In this document: positions 52,208 to 63,280 of the stretch, piece after piece
Layout: each line of letters opens with the position of its first letter
How positions within the stretch are numbered: position 1 is the stretch's first letter
NCBI GenBank assembly: GCA_016926735.1
Contig: JAFGOA010000187.1
Coordinates: forward strand, 7,334-71,333
Source: Promethearchaeota archaeon
Lineage (GTDB): Archaea; Asgardarchaeota; Lokiarchaeia; Sigyniarchaeales; SOKP01
Reading direction: 5' to 3'
Length of the DNA stretch: 64,000 bases
The notes under the pieces: model-generated
Seen by the model: the letters and a program-made list of their open reading frames with translations, nothing else
What the model was told of the DNA's origin: nothing
Databases searched by the model: none
Made by a program: the position numbers and the translations under genes

Positions 52208-52396
52208 TATTCTTCACAATTATAGTTTGATATAATTACTAATATAAGTTAGAATAAATAAAAGAATTTAGCTTTAAATATATATAGATCAAAAAAAAAG
52301 TCACTATTTTCACAAGGATGAATAATAAAATAAAAAAAAATTAAAGTTATAGTTAATTTTCATTCCTAAGACTAATTATAATAAATATTCGAAACT

Positions 52397-52570
52397 ATGT
52401 CTATAAAACGTAATATATGTTCTTGTTGCGGACGTCCTATTACCCCTTATGAACCAGCAATCCATTTTCCATGTCCAAACTGTGGAGATGTAACCATCTG
52501 GAGATGTGAAGCGTGTCGAGATAGAGGAAAATCATATCGATGCTTAAAATGTGATTTTGTTGGACCATAA
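52397..52570 (+). CDS. Small double zinc-ribbon protein (DUF1610/HVO_2753-like), missed by the ORF track
   Basis: MSIKRNICSCCGRPITPYEPAIHFPCPNCGDVTIWRCEACRDRGKSYRCLKCDFVGP*. Sits in the usual archaeal position upstream of aEF1B. Confidence 0.9.
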   Translation: MSIKRNICSCCGRPITPYEPAIHFPCPNCGDVTIWRCEACRDRGKSYRCLKCDFVGP

Positions 52571-52642
52571 TTTTTATGTATATATTAGGATTAAAGAACC
52601 AACTTAAAAATAAGATTATTCGAAATTATGAGTGATTAAAAA

Positions 52643-52909
52643 ATGGGAGAATTTATTGCTTTAATAGATATCATACCAGAAGATACAAATACAAATTTTG
52701 ATGAACTCCTAGGAAAATTAGGTAGTGTTCTTCCTGAAACATGTACAATTGAACGACATGATATCATGCCCGTAGCTTTTGGATTAAAAAAAGCTAGATT
52801 AAGAGTTAGATATCCAGAAGAATGGGGTGGTACTGATAAACTTGAGGAATTATTCGCTCAAGTTGAAGGAGTTCAAGGTATTGAAGGAATAGCATTTTCT
52901 AAAGCCTAA
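52643..52909 (+). CDS. ef1b: Elongation factor 1-beta
   Basis: PVAFGLKK...GGTDKLEE in an 88-aa protein. Confidence 0.93.
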   Translation: MGEFIALIDIIPEDTNTNFDELLGKLGSVLPETCTIERHDIMPVAFGLKKARLRVRYPEEWGGTDKLEELFAQVEGVQGIEGIAFSKA

Positions 52910-53024
52910 TTCTGAAAATATAGATTTTTTGAATTCTGTTACTTTTTATTATTTTATTAAAACCAGAATTAAATAATCTCAAATTTTTTTTATAACATAT
53001 TAAATACTTAATTTCTTGGATATT

Positions 53025-55028
53025 TCATGCTGTTCTCCTAAAAAATTTATCCATCTCTTTAAATGATATAAATTTTAGAGTAGGACGTCCATGAGCACAA
53101 TGAAAGGGATTTTCACAAGCCGCTAAATCTTCAATTAATTTTCTTATATCTTTTAAAGATAAATTATCACCACCTCTAATACTTCTATGACATGATAGAT
53201 AATTTATAATTTCCTCTTTAGCGTCTGAAAAACTTTTATCCCTTCCTATCTCCGCAATATCAGAGATAATATCTCTTATTATTTCAGAGCTAATTGTTTT
53301 ATGAAAAATTATAGGGATTTCTCGTAATAAATAAGTATTACCACCAAAATTTTCAAATTTGAATCCTAATTTTTCTATTTTTTTCAGGTTATTTTCTAAA
53401 AAGATTTTTTCAGTTGGAGATATTTCAATTTTTAATGGAGATATAAGTTTTTGAACCATTTTTTTTGTTCTATTATACATATTGTAGTAAAATTCTTTTG
53501 TAATTCGTTCAGAAGCAGCATGTTGATCTAAAATGAATAATCCCTCCTCATTATCCTTGCTTTTACCTTCTAAAACAATATAAATCTTGTTATTTAATTG
53601 TCCAGTATAAGACATTAAACGTATTTTTGGGAAATTCTTTTTGATGATATATTTATTTCTGATGATAGAATCTGAGGAATATGAATCTTCTTTTTTTAAA
53701 TAATTATCATCTAAATCTAATTGAATTATTCTTAAGTCTTCATCTTTTCTGTCTTGTAAAGTATCATAATTTAAGTTTTGATCTTCTAATTTCTTTATAT
53801 TTGATTTTATCTCACAAGGATTACCGATTATCGGGATATCTTTAATTTTTTCACCAATATTTTTAGATGTTATTTTTAATTCTTCTTTCTCTTTTTTATT
53901 ATTCTGAATTGTTTTTTCCTTTATTTTTAGTTCTTTTTGAAAAGAATATCCATTGATTTTTTCATCAATCTTAGAATATTTTTCAGTATATTTATTCAAA
54001 TCTGTTAAAATATGTTCTTCTTCTGATTTTAAAAAATAGGAATTTATGAACCCTCTTAATATATTATATACTTTATTATAGATGAATATATCATCCTCAA
54101 ATCTTATCTCAAGTTTTTTAGGATGGATATTAAAGTCAATAATCGAAGGATTTACCTCTAAATTTAAAATAAAAAAAGGATTTTTATTAATCATTAAGAT
54201 TCCTTCATAAGCTTCTTTAATAGCTCTAAATAGCAAATCACTTTTAATATATCGCTGGTTTATAAAAATACTTGATTGATCTCTACTTTTTCTAGATATT
54301 CGGGGATGACCAATAAGACCCGTTATTTTAAAAAGATATCCTTTTTCTTCATATTCTATTTCTTTCATTTGGTTTATAATATTCTTCCCATAAATATGAA
54401 ATACAGTTGTTTTAAGATCATTTTCTGAGGGACAATTCAGAATTTGTAATTCATTATGAGTATAAATAAAATGTATATTTGGATAAGCTAAAGAATATCT
54501 TTGTATAATATCTGTAATATGGCCTAATTCTGTTGGATCAGATTTAAGGAATTTTTGACGAGCAGGAATATTGTAGAATAGATCTTTAACCTGAATATTA
54601 ACACCAACCGGAACAGATATTTTATTTTTTTTTTTTATTATTCCTCCTTCTATTATAAGTTGAAGTCCAATTTCCTCATCAGAAGTTCTTGATATAATCT
54701 CAACTTTACTAACAGCTATTATACTTGCTAGGGCTTCTCCTCGGAACCCAAGTGTAGAAAGCTTTTGTAGATCTTCAATACGTCTTATTTTACTACTTGT
54801 ATGTCTTTTTAATGCAATTTCTAGTTCTTCTGAAGGAATACCAAATCCATTATCGATTACTTGAATTAATCTTTTACCAGCTTTTCTAATATTTACTTTA
54901 ATCTCTGTTGAACCTGCATCAATACTATTTTCAATAAGTTCTTTTATAACATTTGCAGGTCGTTCAACAACTTCTCCCGCAGCAATTTGTTCTGCATTCT
55001 GAATTTTTTGTATTTTCTTTCTAATCAT
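53025..55028 (-). CDS. mutL: DNA mismatch repair protein MutL
   Basis: IAAGEVVERP, ENSIDA and GFRGEAL; endonuclease motifs DQHAASE, SCHRSI and CAHGRP. Confidence 0.97.
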   Translation of the reverse strand: MIRKKIQKIQNAEQIAAGEVVERPANVIKELIENSIDAGSTEIKVNIRKAGKRLIQVIDNGFGIPSEELEIALKRHTSSKIRRIEDLQKLSTLGFRGEALASIIAVSKVEIISRTSDEEIGLQLIIEGGIIKKKNKISVPVGVNIQVKDLFYNIPARQKFLKSDPTELGHITDIIQRYSLAYPNIHFIYTHNELQILNCPSENDLKTTVFHIYGKNIINQMKEIEYEEKGYLFKITGLIGHPRISRKSRDQSSIFINQRYIKSDLLFRAIKEAYEGILMINKNPFFILNLEVNPSIIDFNIHPKKLEIRFEDDIFIYNKVYNILRGFINSYFLKSEEEHILTDLNKYTEKYSKIDEKINGYSFQKELKIKEKTIQNNKKEKEELKITSKNIGEKIKDIPIIGNPCEIKSNIKKLEDQNLNYDTLQDRKDEDLRIIQLDLDDNYLKKEDSYSSDSIIRNKYIIKKNFPKIRLMSYTGQLNNKIYIVLEGKSKDNEEGLFILDQHAASERITKEFYYNMYNRTKKMVQKLISPLKIEISPTEKIFLENNLKKIEKLGFKFENFGGNTYLLREIPIIFHKTISSEIIRDIISDIAEIGRDKSFSDAKEEIINYLSCHRSIRGGDNLSLKDIRKLIEDLAACENPFHCAHGRPTLKFISFKEMDKFFRRTA

Positions 55029-55057
55029 AAAATTTAGTAGTTTCTATTTAATTAAAA

Positions 55058-57952
55058 TCAATACTCTTTATATTTCTCTAATTTCTCTTTTAATTCAATC
55101 AATTTTTTCATAGCATCTAAAGGTGTTAGATTCTCGATATTAAGTTGATTGATATCGTTTATTATTATATTAAGATTTTTATCATAGCTCAATTCTTTTT
55201 TGACTATTGGTTTAAAAAAAGATGTCTGAACTGTTTTCTTTTTATTCGATTCTGAAATAGTTTTTTTTTTTCCTAAAATTTTTGGAAGTTCTTTATTAGT
55301 TTTTAAGTTAATATCTGTTAATTTAGAAATAAGATTTTGAAGATCCTTTCTTTTAATTTCTATTTCATTATTAAGATTTTCAAGTTGCTTATTTTTATTA
55401 TGAATTAATTTATCATGATATTTTGTGGTTCCATTACCCAGTTCATTATTATTTTTAATTGTTGTTTTTAAAGGATCATCTTTCTCGAGTTGCTCTAATA
55501 TTTTAAATGCCTCTATTATAACATCATCAGGAATTCCTGCTAATTTGGCTATATGTATACCATAGGATTTATCAGTACTCCCCTTTTTCAGTTTTCTTAT
55601 AAAATTTATTGACCCATCATCATTTTCAATAATATCAAGATGATAATTCTTTACTCTTGGTAAATTAATTTCAGTTAATTGATGATAGTGAGTACTAAAT
55701 AAAGTTTTAACACTCATATCATGCAATTTTTCCAAAGTAGCAATTGCAATACTTTGACCATCACTTGTGCTTGTTCCTCTCCCAAGCTCATCTATAATAA
55801 CCAAACTGTTTTTTGTAGCATAATTTAAGATTTTTGCAGTTTCTGTCATCTCGATCATAAAAGTTGATAATTTTCTTGCTAAATCATCAGAAGCCCCAAT
55901 TCGTGTAAATATTTGGTCAATTATTCCTATTTTAGCTGAACTTGCTGGAACGAAACAACCCATTTGACCAATTAAACATATTAAAGCAACTTGACGTAAA
56001 AAAGTGGATTTTCCTGCCATGTTTGGACCAGTTATAATCAGGATTTGTTCATTATCTGTATCAATATAACAATCATTAGGTATAAAGCTTTCACTAGTAT
56101 TCATCTGTTCTATTACAGGATGTCGACCATCTTTAATTTCTATTTTTTTTTTCTTAGTTAATATTGGTCTACAATAATTATTTTTTTCAGCTAAATCAGC
56201 AAAACTACTATAAACATCAATATATGCTAAATTTTTCGAAGTTTCTAATATATCTAATGTATCGTTAACGATTTTATCTCTAATCTTACAAAAGAGATTA
56301 TATTCTAATTCATTTATCTTTTCTTGAGCCGATAATATTTTTTCTTCTAAAATTTTCAAATCTTTTGTTGTATATCTTTTTGCATTTTTAAGAGTTTGAC
56401 GTTCTACATAATTTTCGGGAATATTTTTAATCAGTTCAAGGGTTCTATTTGTTATTTGTATGTAATATCCTAAAATATTGTTATAACCGACTTTTAATCC
56501 TGAATTTAGATTGAAAATCTTTTTTTCTTTTTCCTCATATTCAAGAAGATATTTTTTTCCGTTATTGAGAATATCTCTAAGATTATCAACTTCCGAATTA
56601 TATCCCTGTTTAATTATATTTCCATCCTTTATAGTTATTGGAGGATCATCCTTTATTGTATTTTCAATAAGCTCTCGAATATTCTTAAATTCATTAATTT
56701 TAATTAGATATTTTGATATTTCCTGTATTTTAGATTTCTCTAAAATTTCCTTAATTTTAGGTATTTTCTTCAATGAATTTTTTATATTAATTAAATCTCT
56801 AGCATTTACTCGATTAATATATGTAATACGGTTTATATATCTCTCTAAATCTCCTAATAAACTTAATTTTTCCCTAAGTTCCGTTCTTAAGAAAATATCC
56901 TCTTTAAATCTTTGAACTATATTTAATCTATGATTAATTTCATCTATATCCGTTAGTGGTTGTAATATTACTCTTTTAATTAGTCTTGAACCCATGGGTG
57001 TGAGAGTTCGATCAAAAATAGAAAGTAAAGAAGTCTCTCTTCCTTTTTCCCACAATGAGTTAATTAATTCCAAATTTCTTTGAGTTGTATAATCTAAATG
57101 CAATATTCCTTCTTCTTCAAATAACATTATTTTAAAAATATTGGGAATTAATTCTTGTTGTGTTTCTCTTAAAAAGGCTAGAAGCCCCCCTGCTGCTTCT
57201 ATTGCAATAAATGAATCCTCAAGACCAAAACTTTTTAAATTCGATATTTTAAAATGAGTTTTAATGAGATTATATGCTTCATTGTATTCAAAATAATAAT
57301 TATCATATTTTCTAATAACCGCTTCGGTAATATCTGTTATAAAAACAAATAAATTATCATCTTTTTGAAGCTCAGAGGGAATAATTAATTCTGCGGGATT
57401 AAAACGAGCGAAAAGACTAAGTAATTTCTCTAATGGATCGATATTTTTTATAGAATATTCTGCAACAATAAATTCACCTGTAGAAATATCTGCAAAAGCA
57501 CATCCATATCCCTTTGTTCTTTTAACTAACGTTGCTACATAATTATTATCATTTGATTTTAACATATAATCTTCTGTTAAGGTGCCCGGAGAGAGAATTC
57601 TTGTTACACCTCTTTTTACAATTCTACCTTTTACTGTTGAAGGATCTTCGAGTTGATCAACAATTACTACTGTTTCTTTTTTTTTTATTAAATTTGTTAA
57701 ATAATTTTTGCAAGCATGATGGGGAATTCCTGCTAATGGATACTTATCATCCCCTACTTTGCGATTTGTTAAGGTTATTCCTAATAATTTTGATACTCTA
57801 ACAGCATCATCATAAAAAAATTCATAAAAATCTCCCATTCTATATGCAATGAGATGTTCTGGGTATTTTTTTTTAATAGAATACCAATGTTTGATCATAG
57901 GTGTAAGATTTCTTTCGTTTAATTGCTCACTAAAAGCTGAAGTCATAATCAT
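55058..57952 (-). CDS. mutS: DNA mismatch repair protein MutS (MutS1 type)
   Basis: LTPM, GDFYEFF, TGPNMAGKST, STFM.E, DELGRGTS, THYH and SYGIH.A. Confidence 0.97.
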   Translation of the reverse strand: MIMTSAFSEQLNERNLTPMIKHWYSIKKKYPEHLIAYRMGDFYEFFYDDAVRVSKLLGITLTNRKVGDDKYPLAGIPHHACKNYLTNLIKKKETVVIVDQLEDPSTVKGRIVKRGVTRILSPGTLTEDYMLKSNDNNYVATLVKRTKGYGCAFADISTGEFIVAEYSIKNIDPLEKLLSLFARFNPAELIIPSELQKDDNLFVFITDITEAVIRKYDNYYFEYNEAYNLIKTHFKISNLKSFGLEDSFIAIEAAGGLLAFLRETQQELIPNIFKIMLFEEEGILHLDYTTQRNLELINSLWEKGRETSLLSIFDRTLTPMGSRLIKRVILQPLTDIDEINHRLNIVQRFKEDIFLRTELREKLSLLGDLERYINRITYINRVNARDLINIKNSLKKIPKIKEILEKSKIQEISKYLIKINEFKNIRELIENTIKDDPPITIKDGNIIKQGYNSEVDNLRDILNNGKKYLLEYEEKEKKIFNLNSGLKVGYNNILGYYIQITNRTLELIKNIPENYVERQTLKNAKRYTTKDLKILEEKILSAQEKINELEYNLFCKIRDKIVNDTLDILETSKNLAYIDVYSSFADLAEKNNYCRPILTKKKKIEIKDGRHPVIEQMNTSESFIPNDCYIDTDNEQILIITGPNMAGKSTFLRQVALICLIGQMGCFVPASSAKIGIIDQIFTRIGASDDLARKLSTFMIEMTETAKILNYATKNSLVIIDELGRGTSTSDGQSIAIATLEKLHDMSVKTLFSTHYHQLTEINLPRVKNYHLDIIENDDGSINFIRKLKKGSTDKSYGIHIAKLAGIPDDVIIEAFKILEQLEKDDPLKTTIKNNNELGNGTTKYHDKLIHNKNKQLENLNNEIEIKRKDLQNLISKLTDINLKTNKELPKILGKKKTISESNKKKTVQTSFFKPIVKKELSYDKNLNIIINDINQLNIENLTPLDAMKKLIELKEKLEKYKEY

Positions 57953-58131
57953 TCCATATTAAATATTTTAAAACCATAATATTAACTTTAATATTAGTTC
58001 TTGATGTAAATTAATTCTAATTATTTAGTTTTTAATAATTGTAGAAAATTATCTCTATTATTAATTAATAAAGTTCTTTAAAAAAATAAAGAGTGTCTTG
58101 ATTGAGTATTTAATTATATTATAATTTAAAT

Positions 58132-58959
58132 TTAAAGATGTTTTCCTAACCAAATAAACATGTCTCTATATACTTCAGCTCTTCCTTTATCATGCCAAAG
58201 TTCATGAAGAAATCCTTCATATTCTTTGTATGTTTTATCATTACTTCTAATATTTTTAAAAAATTTATTTGTCTTGCTAATGTCAGCAAATTTATCGTCT
58301 TTCCCTTGATTTATAAGGACAGGACAAATTAATCTTGATGCATTTTTTAATGCTATTTTCATAGCATCTTCCATTTCAGAATAACTCTTAACTGTTATTT
58401 GTGTCAATTTATTCTTATCTGCAATATGTTCTCTAAGTATTTTTACATCATTTGTCAATTTATTCTGCTCAATTTTAAGATCTATAGTTTTCATCTGTCC
58501 AGATACAATCTTGTCTACTTTTTTGGCACTGGTGATAGTCATTTTTAATCCAAATAATGGTGAGGATGCAATAACTCCTGCTATTGCTGGATGTTCAATT
58601 GCATATATTAAAGCAATTAATCCCCCAAAAGATTGTCCAATTACAAATATTTTCTTATCTTTATTTTTTTCTTTTATAATATCCATGAATAGCACAATAT
58701 CTTTCTGAATATCTTCCATTGAATCTATATGTCCGGGTATATCTATAATATTTCTCCAATGACCTCTTAGATCAAAAGCATAAATCCCATATCCTTTCTC
58801 AGCAAAATATTCTGCTATAGGTTTTAATCGATCTGAATGTGTTCCTAAACCATGAAAAGCAATAATTACTGCTTTGATTTTTTCAGAATCAGGTCCCCAG
58901 TATTGGTAAAAAAGCTTTTGGGCACCTCTCCCTTCAAATGTATCCGTTAAATTTTGCAT
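58132..58959 (-). CDS. Alpha/beta hydrolase (lysophospholipase/monoglyceride lipase-like)
   Basis: HGLG, DLRGH, GQSFGG nucleophile elbow, Asp in G.DD and His in GFLHE. Confidence 0.9.
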   Translation of the reverse strand: MQNLTDTFEGRGAQKLFYQYWGPDSEKIKAVIIAFHGLGTHSDRLKPIAEYFAEKGYGIYAFDLRGHWRNIIDIPGHIDSMEDIQKDIVLFMDIIKEKNKDKKIFVIGQSFGGLIALIYAIEHPAIAGVIASSPLFGLKMTITSAKKVDKIVSGQMKTIDLKIEQNKLTNDVKILREHIADKNKLTQITVKSYSEMEDAMKIALKNASRLICPVLINQGKDDKFADISKTNKFFKNIRSNDKTYKEYEGFLHELWHDKGRAEVYRDMFIWLGKHL

Positions 58960-59226
58960 TTTATAATCACTTGATTAGGTTATGAATAATTAAATAAAAA
59001 TCTCGAGTATTAAATAATCTCTTCTTTTTTTGCAGAATTCTAATATTTTAATCTGGAAAATGTTTTGTTAAATTTTGGTCTAAATGCTATTTTTAAATAT
59101 ATATGTTATATTAAAATTAGATTATCATAATTTTAATTAAAATTCTAAAATATATGATTATTAGTATAATAATCAGATCTAATATTTATAACAATAAAAG
59201 TCACTAAAATCAAAGGTAAAAATATA

Positions 59227-59703
59227 ATGAAAAAAAACGCATCATTTTTTGGAATGATTATTTCTCTTTTGATGATAATTTTTACATTTATCATGATTCC
59301 TATTAATCTTAATCTTATCGAGGATATGCTTAATAGTCATGGATATTCTTTAGATTCTACATATGTTAATATGGAGCCGTTAATAAAATCTACGATTATG
59401 TCCTTACTGATTTTTACATTTCTTTTTATTGGAGGATATTTAGGTTCATATAAAGAATCTAATATCGGAAGAACAATGGTTTTTCTTATGGGGATATTTT
59501 CATTTTTTGGAATGTTTATATATTTAGAACCAATAGAGCTCCCAGGATATGCTTTTATTCTTCCTATGTGCTACCATCTTTATTATATAAGCAATATTAT
59601 CTTATTATTTATTGGAATTTCTGCTTTTCCACTTCAACAAATTAAATCGGATTTTAATTTATACCAAAAAATCAAAAATGAAATTGAAGAGGAATTAAAT
59701 TAA
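59227..59703 (+). CDS. Hypothetical membrane protein, about 4 TM
   Basis: Hydrophobic segments; AAAGGT upstream of the ATG. Confidence 0.65.
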   Translation: MKKNASFFGMIISLLMIIFTFIMIPINLNLIEDMLNSHGYSLDSTYVNMEPLIKSTIMSLLIFTFLFIGGYLGSYKESNIGRTMVFLMGIFSFFGMFIYLEPIELPGYAFILPMCYHLYYISNIILLFIGISAFPLQQIKSDFNLYQKIKNEIEEELN

Positions 59704-59838
59704 TAAATTTTAATGATAGTTATTGTTGAAGTAACTATTATTTTTTTCTAAATATTTAATTTTAAAATTCAACTTAAATTTTTAAAGTATTAATCTTCAA
59801 CTATTTTTATAGGGAAATAATATTTCTAAGTATTTTGA

Positions 59839-60717
59839 ATGAGTCAGGCAGGAAAATTATTAACACGTTTAGAAAAGGAAGATCTAAGAATTTTAATGGC
59901 AATTGAAATTGGGATGAAGAAATCTGAATATGTTACGATTAAAGATATAAAATTTTATTCAAGATATCCACTGCCAGAAACCTTATATAGATTGAAAAAC
60001 GTCCATAAATTAGGATTAACAATAAGAAATTCCGAAGAACGTGAAGTTGCATATCAAATAAATTCAATTGGTTATGATGTGTTAGCTCTTCACACACTTG
60101 TAGAAAAAAAGATAATCAGTCAACTAGGACCATTACTTGGAAAAGGAAAAGAATCTGATGTTTATAGTTGTATTGATGATGATGATGTTATTTATGCTCT
60201 AAAAATATATAGAATGGGAAGAAGAAGTTTTAAAAATGTGAGGAAATTAAGAAATATTACAGGGGAAAGAACTCATTTATCTTGGCTTTATATTAATAGA
60301 CTTGCTGCTAAAAAAGAATATAATGCTCTTAAAGAGATTTATAAATTGGGTTTAAAAACTCCTAAACCTATCGGTTATAATAGACATATAATTGTAATGG
60401 AATACCTAAGAGGTAAAGAGATAGTCTATTATAAGGACATAGAAAAACCAGAAGAGTTATTTAATGAAATTCTTTTTCAAATGAGAGAAATATATAAAAA
60501 GTCTAATCTTGTGCATGGAGATTTGGGTGAATTCAATATAATTTCTGATGAGGATGGAAATATATTGATTATTGATTGGTTGCAATCAATCCCAAGTGAT
60601 CATCCTAATGCTTTAAAGATTCTTGAACGAGATATTCAAAATATTTGTAATTATTTCCATAAAAAATACAGAATAGAATATAATTTAAAGGATATTTTAG
60701 ATTCTTTTACAGAATAA
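59839..60717 (+). CDS. rio2: RIO2 atypical kinase
   Basis: N-terminal wHTH (AIE.GM, GYD.LAL), G.GKESDVY, HGDL.EFNI and IDW.Q. Confidence 0.94.
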   Translation: MSQAGKLLTRLEKEDLRILMAIEIGMKKSEYVTIKDIKFYSRYPLPETLYRLKNVHKLGLTIRNSEEREVAYQINSIGYDVLALHTLVEKKIISQLGPLLGKGKESDVYSCIDDDDVIYALKIYRMGRRSFKNVRKLRNITGERTHLSWLYINRLAAKKEYNALKEIYKLGLKTPKPIGYNRHIIVMEYLRGKEIVYYKDIEKPEELFNEILFQMREIYKKSNLVHGDLGEFNIISDEDGNILIIDWLQSIPSDHPNALKILERDIQNICNYFHKKYRIEYNLKDILDSFTE

Positions 60718-60723
60718 ACTTAA

Positions 60724-61350
60724 TTAAAATAATGGTTTTTTTTTACCAAGAATTATAAAATCTTCAATAGAATCAATATCAATAAATTCTAAATCATCAA
60801 CATAATTTTCGATAAAAGATTTAAATTCCTTGATTTTTATTTTTTTTTTTAAAATAGAGATATGCAATATAGCGTTAGTTTTTAATGTTTTTATTGATTC
60901 AATCACTGCATTATTAATCATTGGTAGATTTTGAAAAGACGTAATTGAAAAAAATGAATTAAAACTTTGAATCCTGAATGGTAGGAAATCAAGGTCTGCT
61001 AGAATTATATCAATATTGTCCTTAAATAACTTGTGATTATCATTAATTTTATTCTTGAATTTATTTAACATTTTTATAGAGATATCTATCCCTATATAAT
61101 GATAGTTACCAAATTTTGATCTCTTTTCCATATATTTTTCAACTATATATGAAAAAAGAAGTCCAGTACCGCACCCTGCATCTAAAATAATTTTATTTAA
61201 TGGAGTAAAATGTTTTAATATTAAATCATATTTCATTTTTTGAATATCTCTGTATCTTTCATCATAAAAATGTGAAGTAGAATTATATTTATTTATAATT
61301 TCCTTTTTTTTAGAATTGTAGGATCTTTTATCTTCCAAACAAATGACCAA
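60724..61350 (-). CDS. Class I SAM-dependent methyltransferase
   Basis: YDERY, ILDAGCGTG, GIDIS..ML and AD...LPF. Confidence 0.88.
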   Translation of the reverse strand: MVICLEDKRSYNSKKKEIINKYNSTSHFYDERYRDIQKMKYDLILKHFTPLNKIILDAGCGTGLLFSYIVEKYMEKRSKFGNYHYIGIDISIKMLNKFKNKINDNHKLFKDNIDIILADLDFLPFRIQSFNSFFSITSFQNLPMINNAVIESIKTLKTNAILHISILKKKIKIKEFKSFIENYVDDLEFIDIDSIEDFIILGKKKPLF

Positions 61351-61462
61351 TAAGTTTTAATTTTATCAAATTTTAACTATGATTAAATTAAAATTACTCT
61401 TTAAATTATCTTATCTATAGTTATTTTAAAAATTAATTTGTTTTATTAAAGGTAAAAAAACA

Positions 61463-61717
61463 ATGTCAAATGATCAAAGAAAATTAAAAAATCCTTTACA
61501 TATATTACAAGAAGCTCAGGAATCTGAGATATTACTTAGATTAAAAGATGGTACCGAATATAAAGGAACCTTGAAAGAAATTGATGCCTATATGAATATG
61601 ATCCTTTCGGATTGTACAGAAATCCTCGATGGAAGTCCTGTAGCAAAATATAGCGAAATTTTTATTCGAGGAAATAACCTCCTTTTCATAAAACCAGATG
61701 CCTCGGAAATACTTTAA
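61463..61717 (+). CDS. Sm-like (Lsm/SmAP) protein
   Basis: Sm1 LKDG.EYKG.L..ID.YMN..L and Sm2 IFIRGNN. Confidence 0.94.
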   Translation: MSNDQRKLKNPLHILQEAQESEILLRLKDGTEYKGTLKEIDAYMNMILSDCTEILDGSPVAKYSEIFIRGNNLLFIKPDASEIL

Positions 61718-61785
61718 ATAAGAAACTTTATTATTTTATCCAGATATTTTTGTGTAAAAAATATATAGTTTTTTAATATTAGACT

Positions 61786-62217
61786 GTGTTTATGAATAAG
61801 AATTTTTCAATCATAGGATATGGAACATTTATCACTAAAGGATACTGGAAAGATAAAGAAAATATAGAAGTTTGTAAAGTTCCAGGATATAGAAGAATTT
61901 ATCCGGAAGGTAATTGGTTTCCCTATGTTCTTAAAGATAAGGAATCATCTTTTTGGGCATTAAAATTTGATGTCTCTGGAGATGATTTATATCAATTGGA
62001 TGTTTATGAAGGTGTTTTTTTAGGATTTTATAAAAGAATTTTAATTGAGATTAATACAAAGAATTATGTTTTAAAGAAAGCATATATGTATATCCCAACA
62101 GAAGAGACTGTTAAAAAGGAAAAATTATCTCTTGAGATGGATATTATTGATAAATGGAAGAATGAAATTAAAAAAAATACTGAGATAATTAAATTATTCC
62201 CTGAATTACTCTATTAA
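61786..62217 (+). CDS. Gamma-glutamylcyclotransferase-family protein
   Basis: GYGTF, LDVYEG...YKR and AYMY. Start may be ATG at 61792. Confidence 0.8.
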   Translation: MFMNKNFSIIGYGTFITKGYWKDKENIEVCKVPGYRRIYPEGNWFPYVLKDKESSFWALKFDVSGDDLYQLDVYEGVFLGFYKRILIEINTKNYVLKKAYMYIPTEETVKKEKLSLEMDIIDKWKNEIKKNTEIIKLFPELLY

Positions 62218-62235
62218 GGTAATTACTTCTTATTA

Positions 62236-63144
62236 TTATATTATTTTGGCCAGAACTCTTATCCCTCTTATAATTGCATAAGAGGCAAGATTTGGAAATT
62301 GCTTACCTCTATAATTAGATGAAGAAAAAATAGATAATAAACGATCTTTAAAAAAAAATCGATAACCTTCTTGAAAAACTTCATGAGATCTTATTAAAAA
62401 ATCCAAATTATTTTTATTCATAAATTCATCAAAAACATCTTTCCCAAAATATTTAATACCAATTCCTCTGATACTGTCCTGAAACCCTTTAATTGATGGT
62501 TTTGGATCATTCCACATCATTTGAAATACATTCTTAAGTAGCATCATCGATTTTTCTTTAGTATAAGTTATTATATTTAGATTTTTTAGATCATTTAAAA
62601 TATCTATATCTTCTGGAATTCCTCCATGGACACATAATATTTTTTCATTCACAATAGCACAAACTGGAATCGAATCATATAATTCTTCAATTTCGTTATA
62701 TCTATCATAATCACAGAATTTTCTAATGAATTCTTCATAAAATCCATAAGCCTTATTCATTTCATAAGATTCATGATTTCCTCGTAAGAGATAAAATCTT
62801 TCTGGATTTTTAATTTTTAAAGATAAAATAATTATTAAACATTCTAATTGTTTTGGACCTCTATCAACAATATCTCCGAGAAAAATAATATATTTTGGAT
62901 TATTATTTCTGATTATTCTAAGTAAGTTTAGTAATGAATCCAGATTTCCATGGATATCTCCAATTACAAAGATTTCATCATCATTATTGTCTACTTTGAG
63001 TTCTATTAATTTATTTTCATTTCTGAAATGCTTTATTGCTTGTTTCATTATCTTAGAAAATATACTGATATCTAGGTTTGAAATTAAATTCGGATTAATT
63101 ATCAGATTCTCTAAATTAATATTATTTATCAAAAAATGTTTCAC
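62236..63144 (-). CDS. PPP-family Ser/Thr protein phosphatase
   Basis: GDIHG, GDIVDRG, LLRGNHE, HGG, WNDP, RSHE and SIFSSSNY. Confidence 0.92.
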   Translation of the reverse strand: MKHFLINNINLENLIINPNLISNLDISIFSKIMKQAIKHFRNENKLIELKVDNNDDEIFVIGDIHGNLDSLLNLLRIIRNNNPKYIIFLGDIVDRGPKQLECLIIILSLKIKNPERFYLLRGNHESYEMNKAYGFYEEFIRKFCDYDRYNEIEELYDSIPVCAIVNEKILCVHGGIPEDIDILNDLKNLNIITYTKEKSMMLLKNVFQMMWNDPKPSIKGFQDSIRGIGIKYFGKDVFDEFMNKNNLDFLIRSHEVFQEGYRFFFKDRLLSIFSSSNYRGKQFPNLASYAIIRGIRVLAKII

Positions 63145-63280
63145 TATCCTTTAAATTATTAGTGATAATATTCATGTTTAATTCTACTGATTTTGTTATG
63201 AAACCACATTTTTATTAATATGGAACATATAATTATTCTTAATAATTCTACATGAAAACGTTTTTTAAATAGGGATTAAA

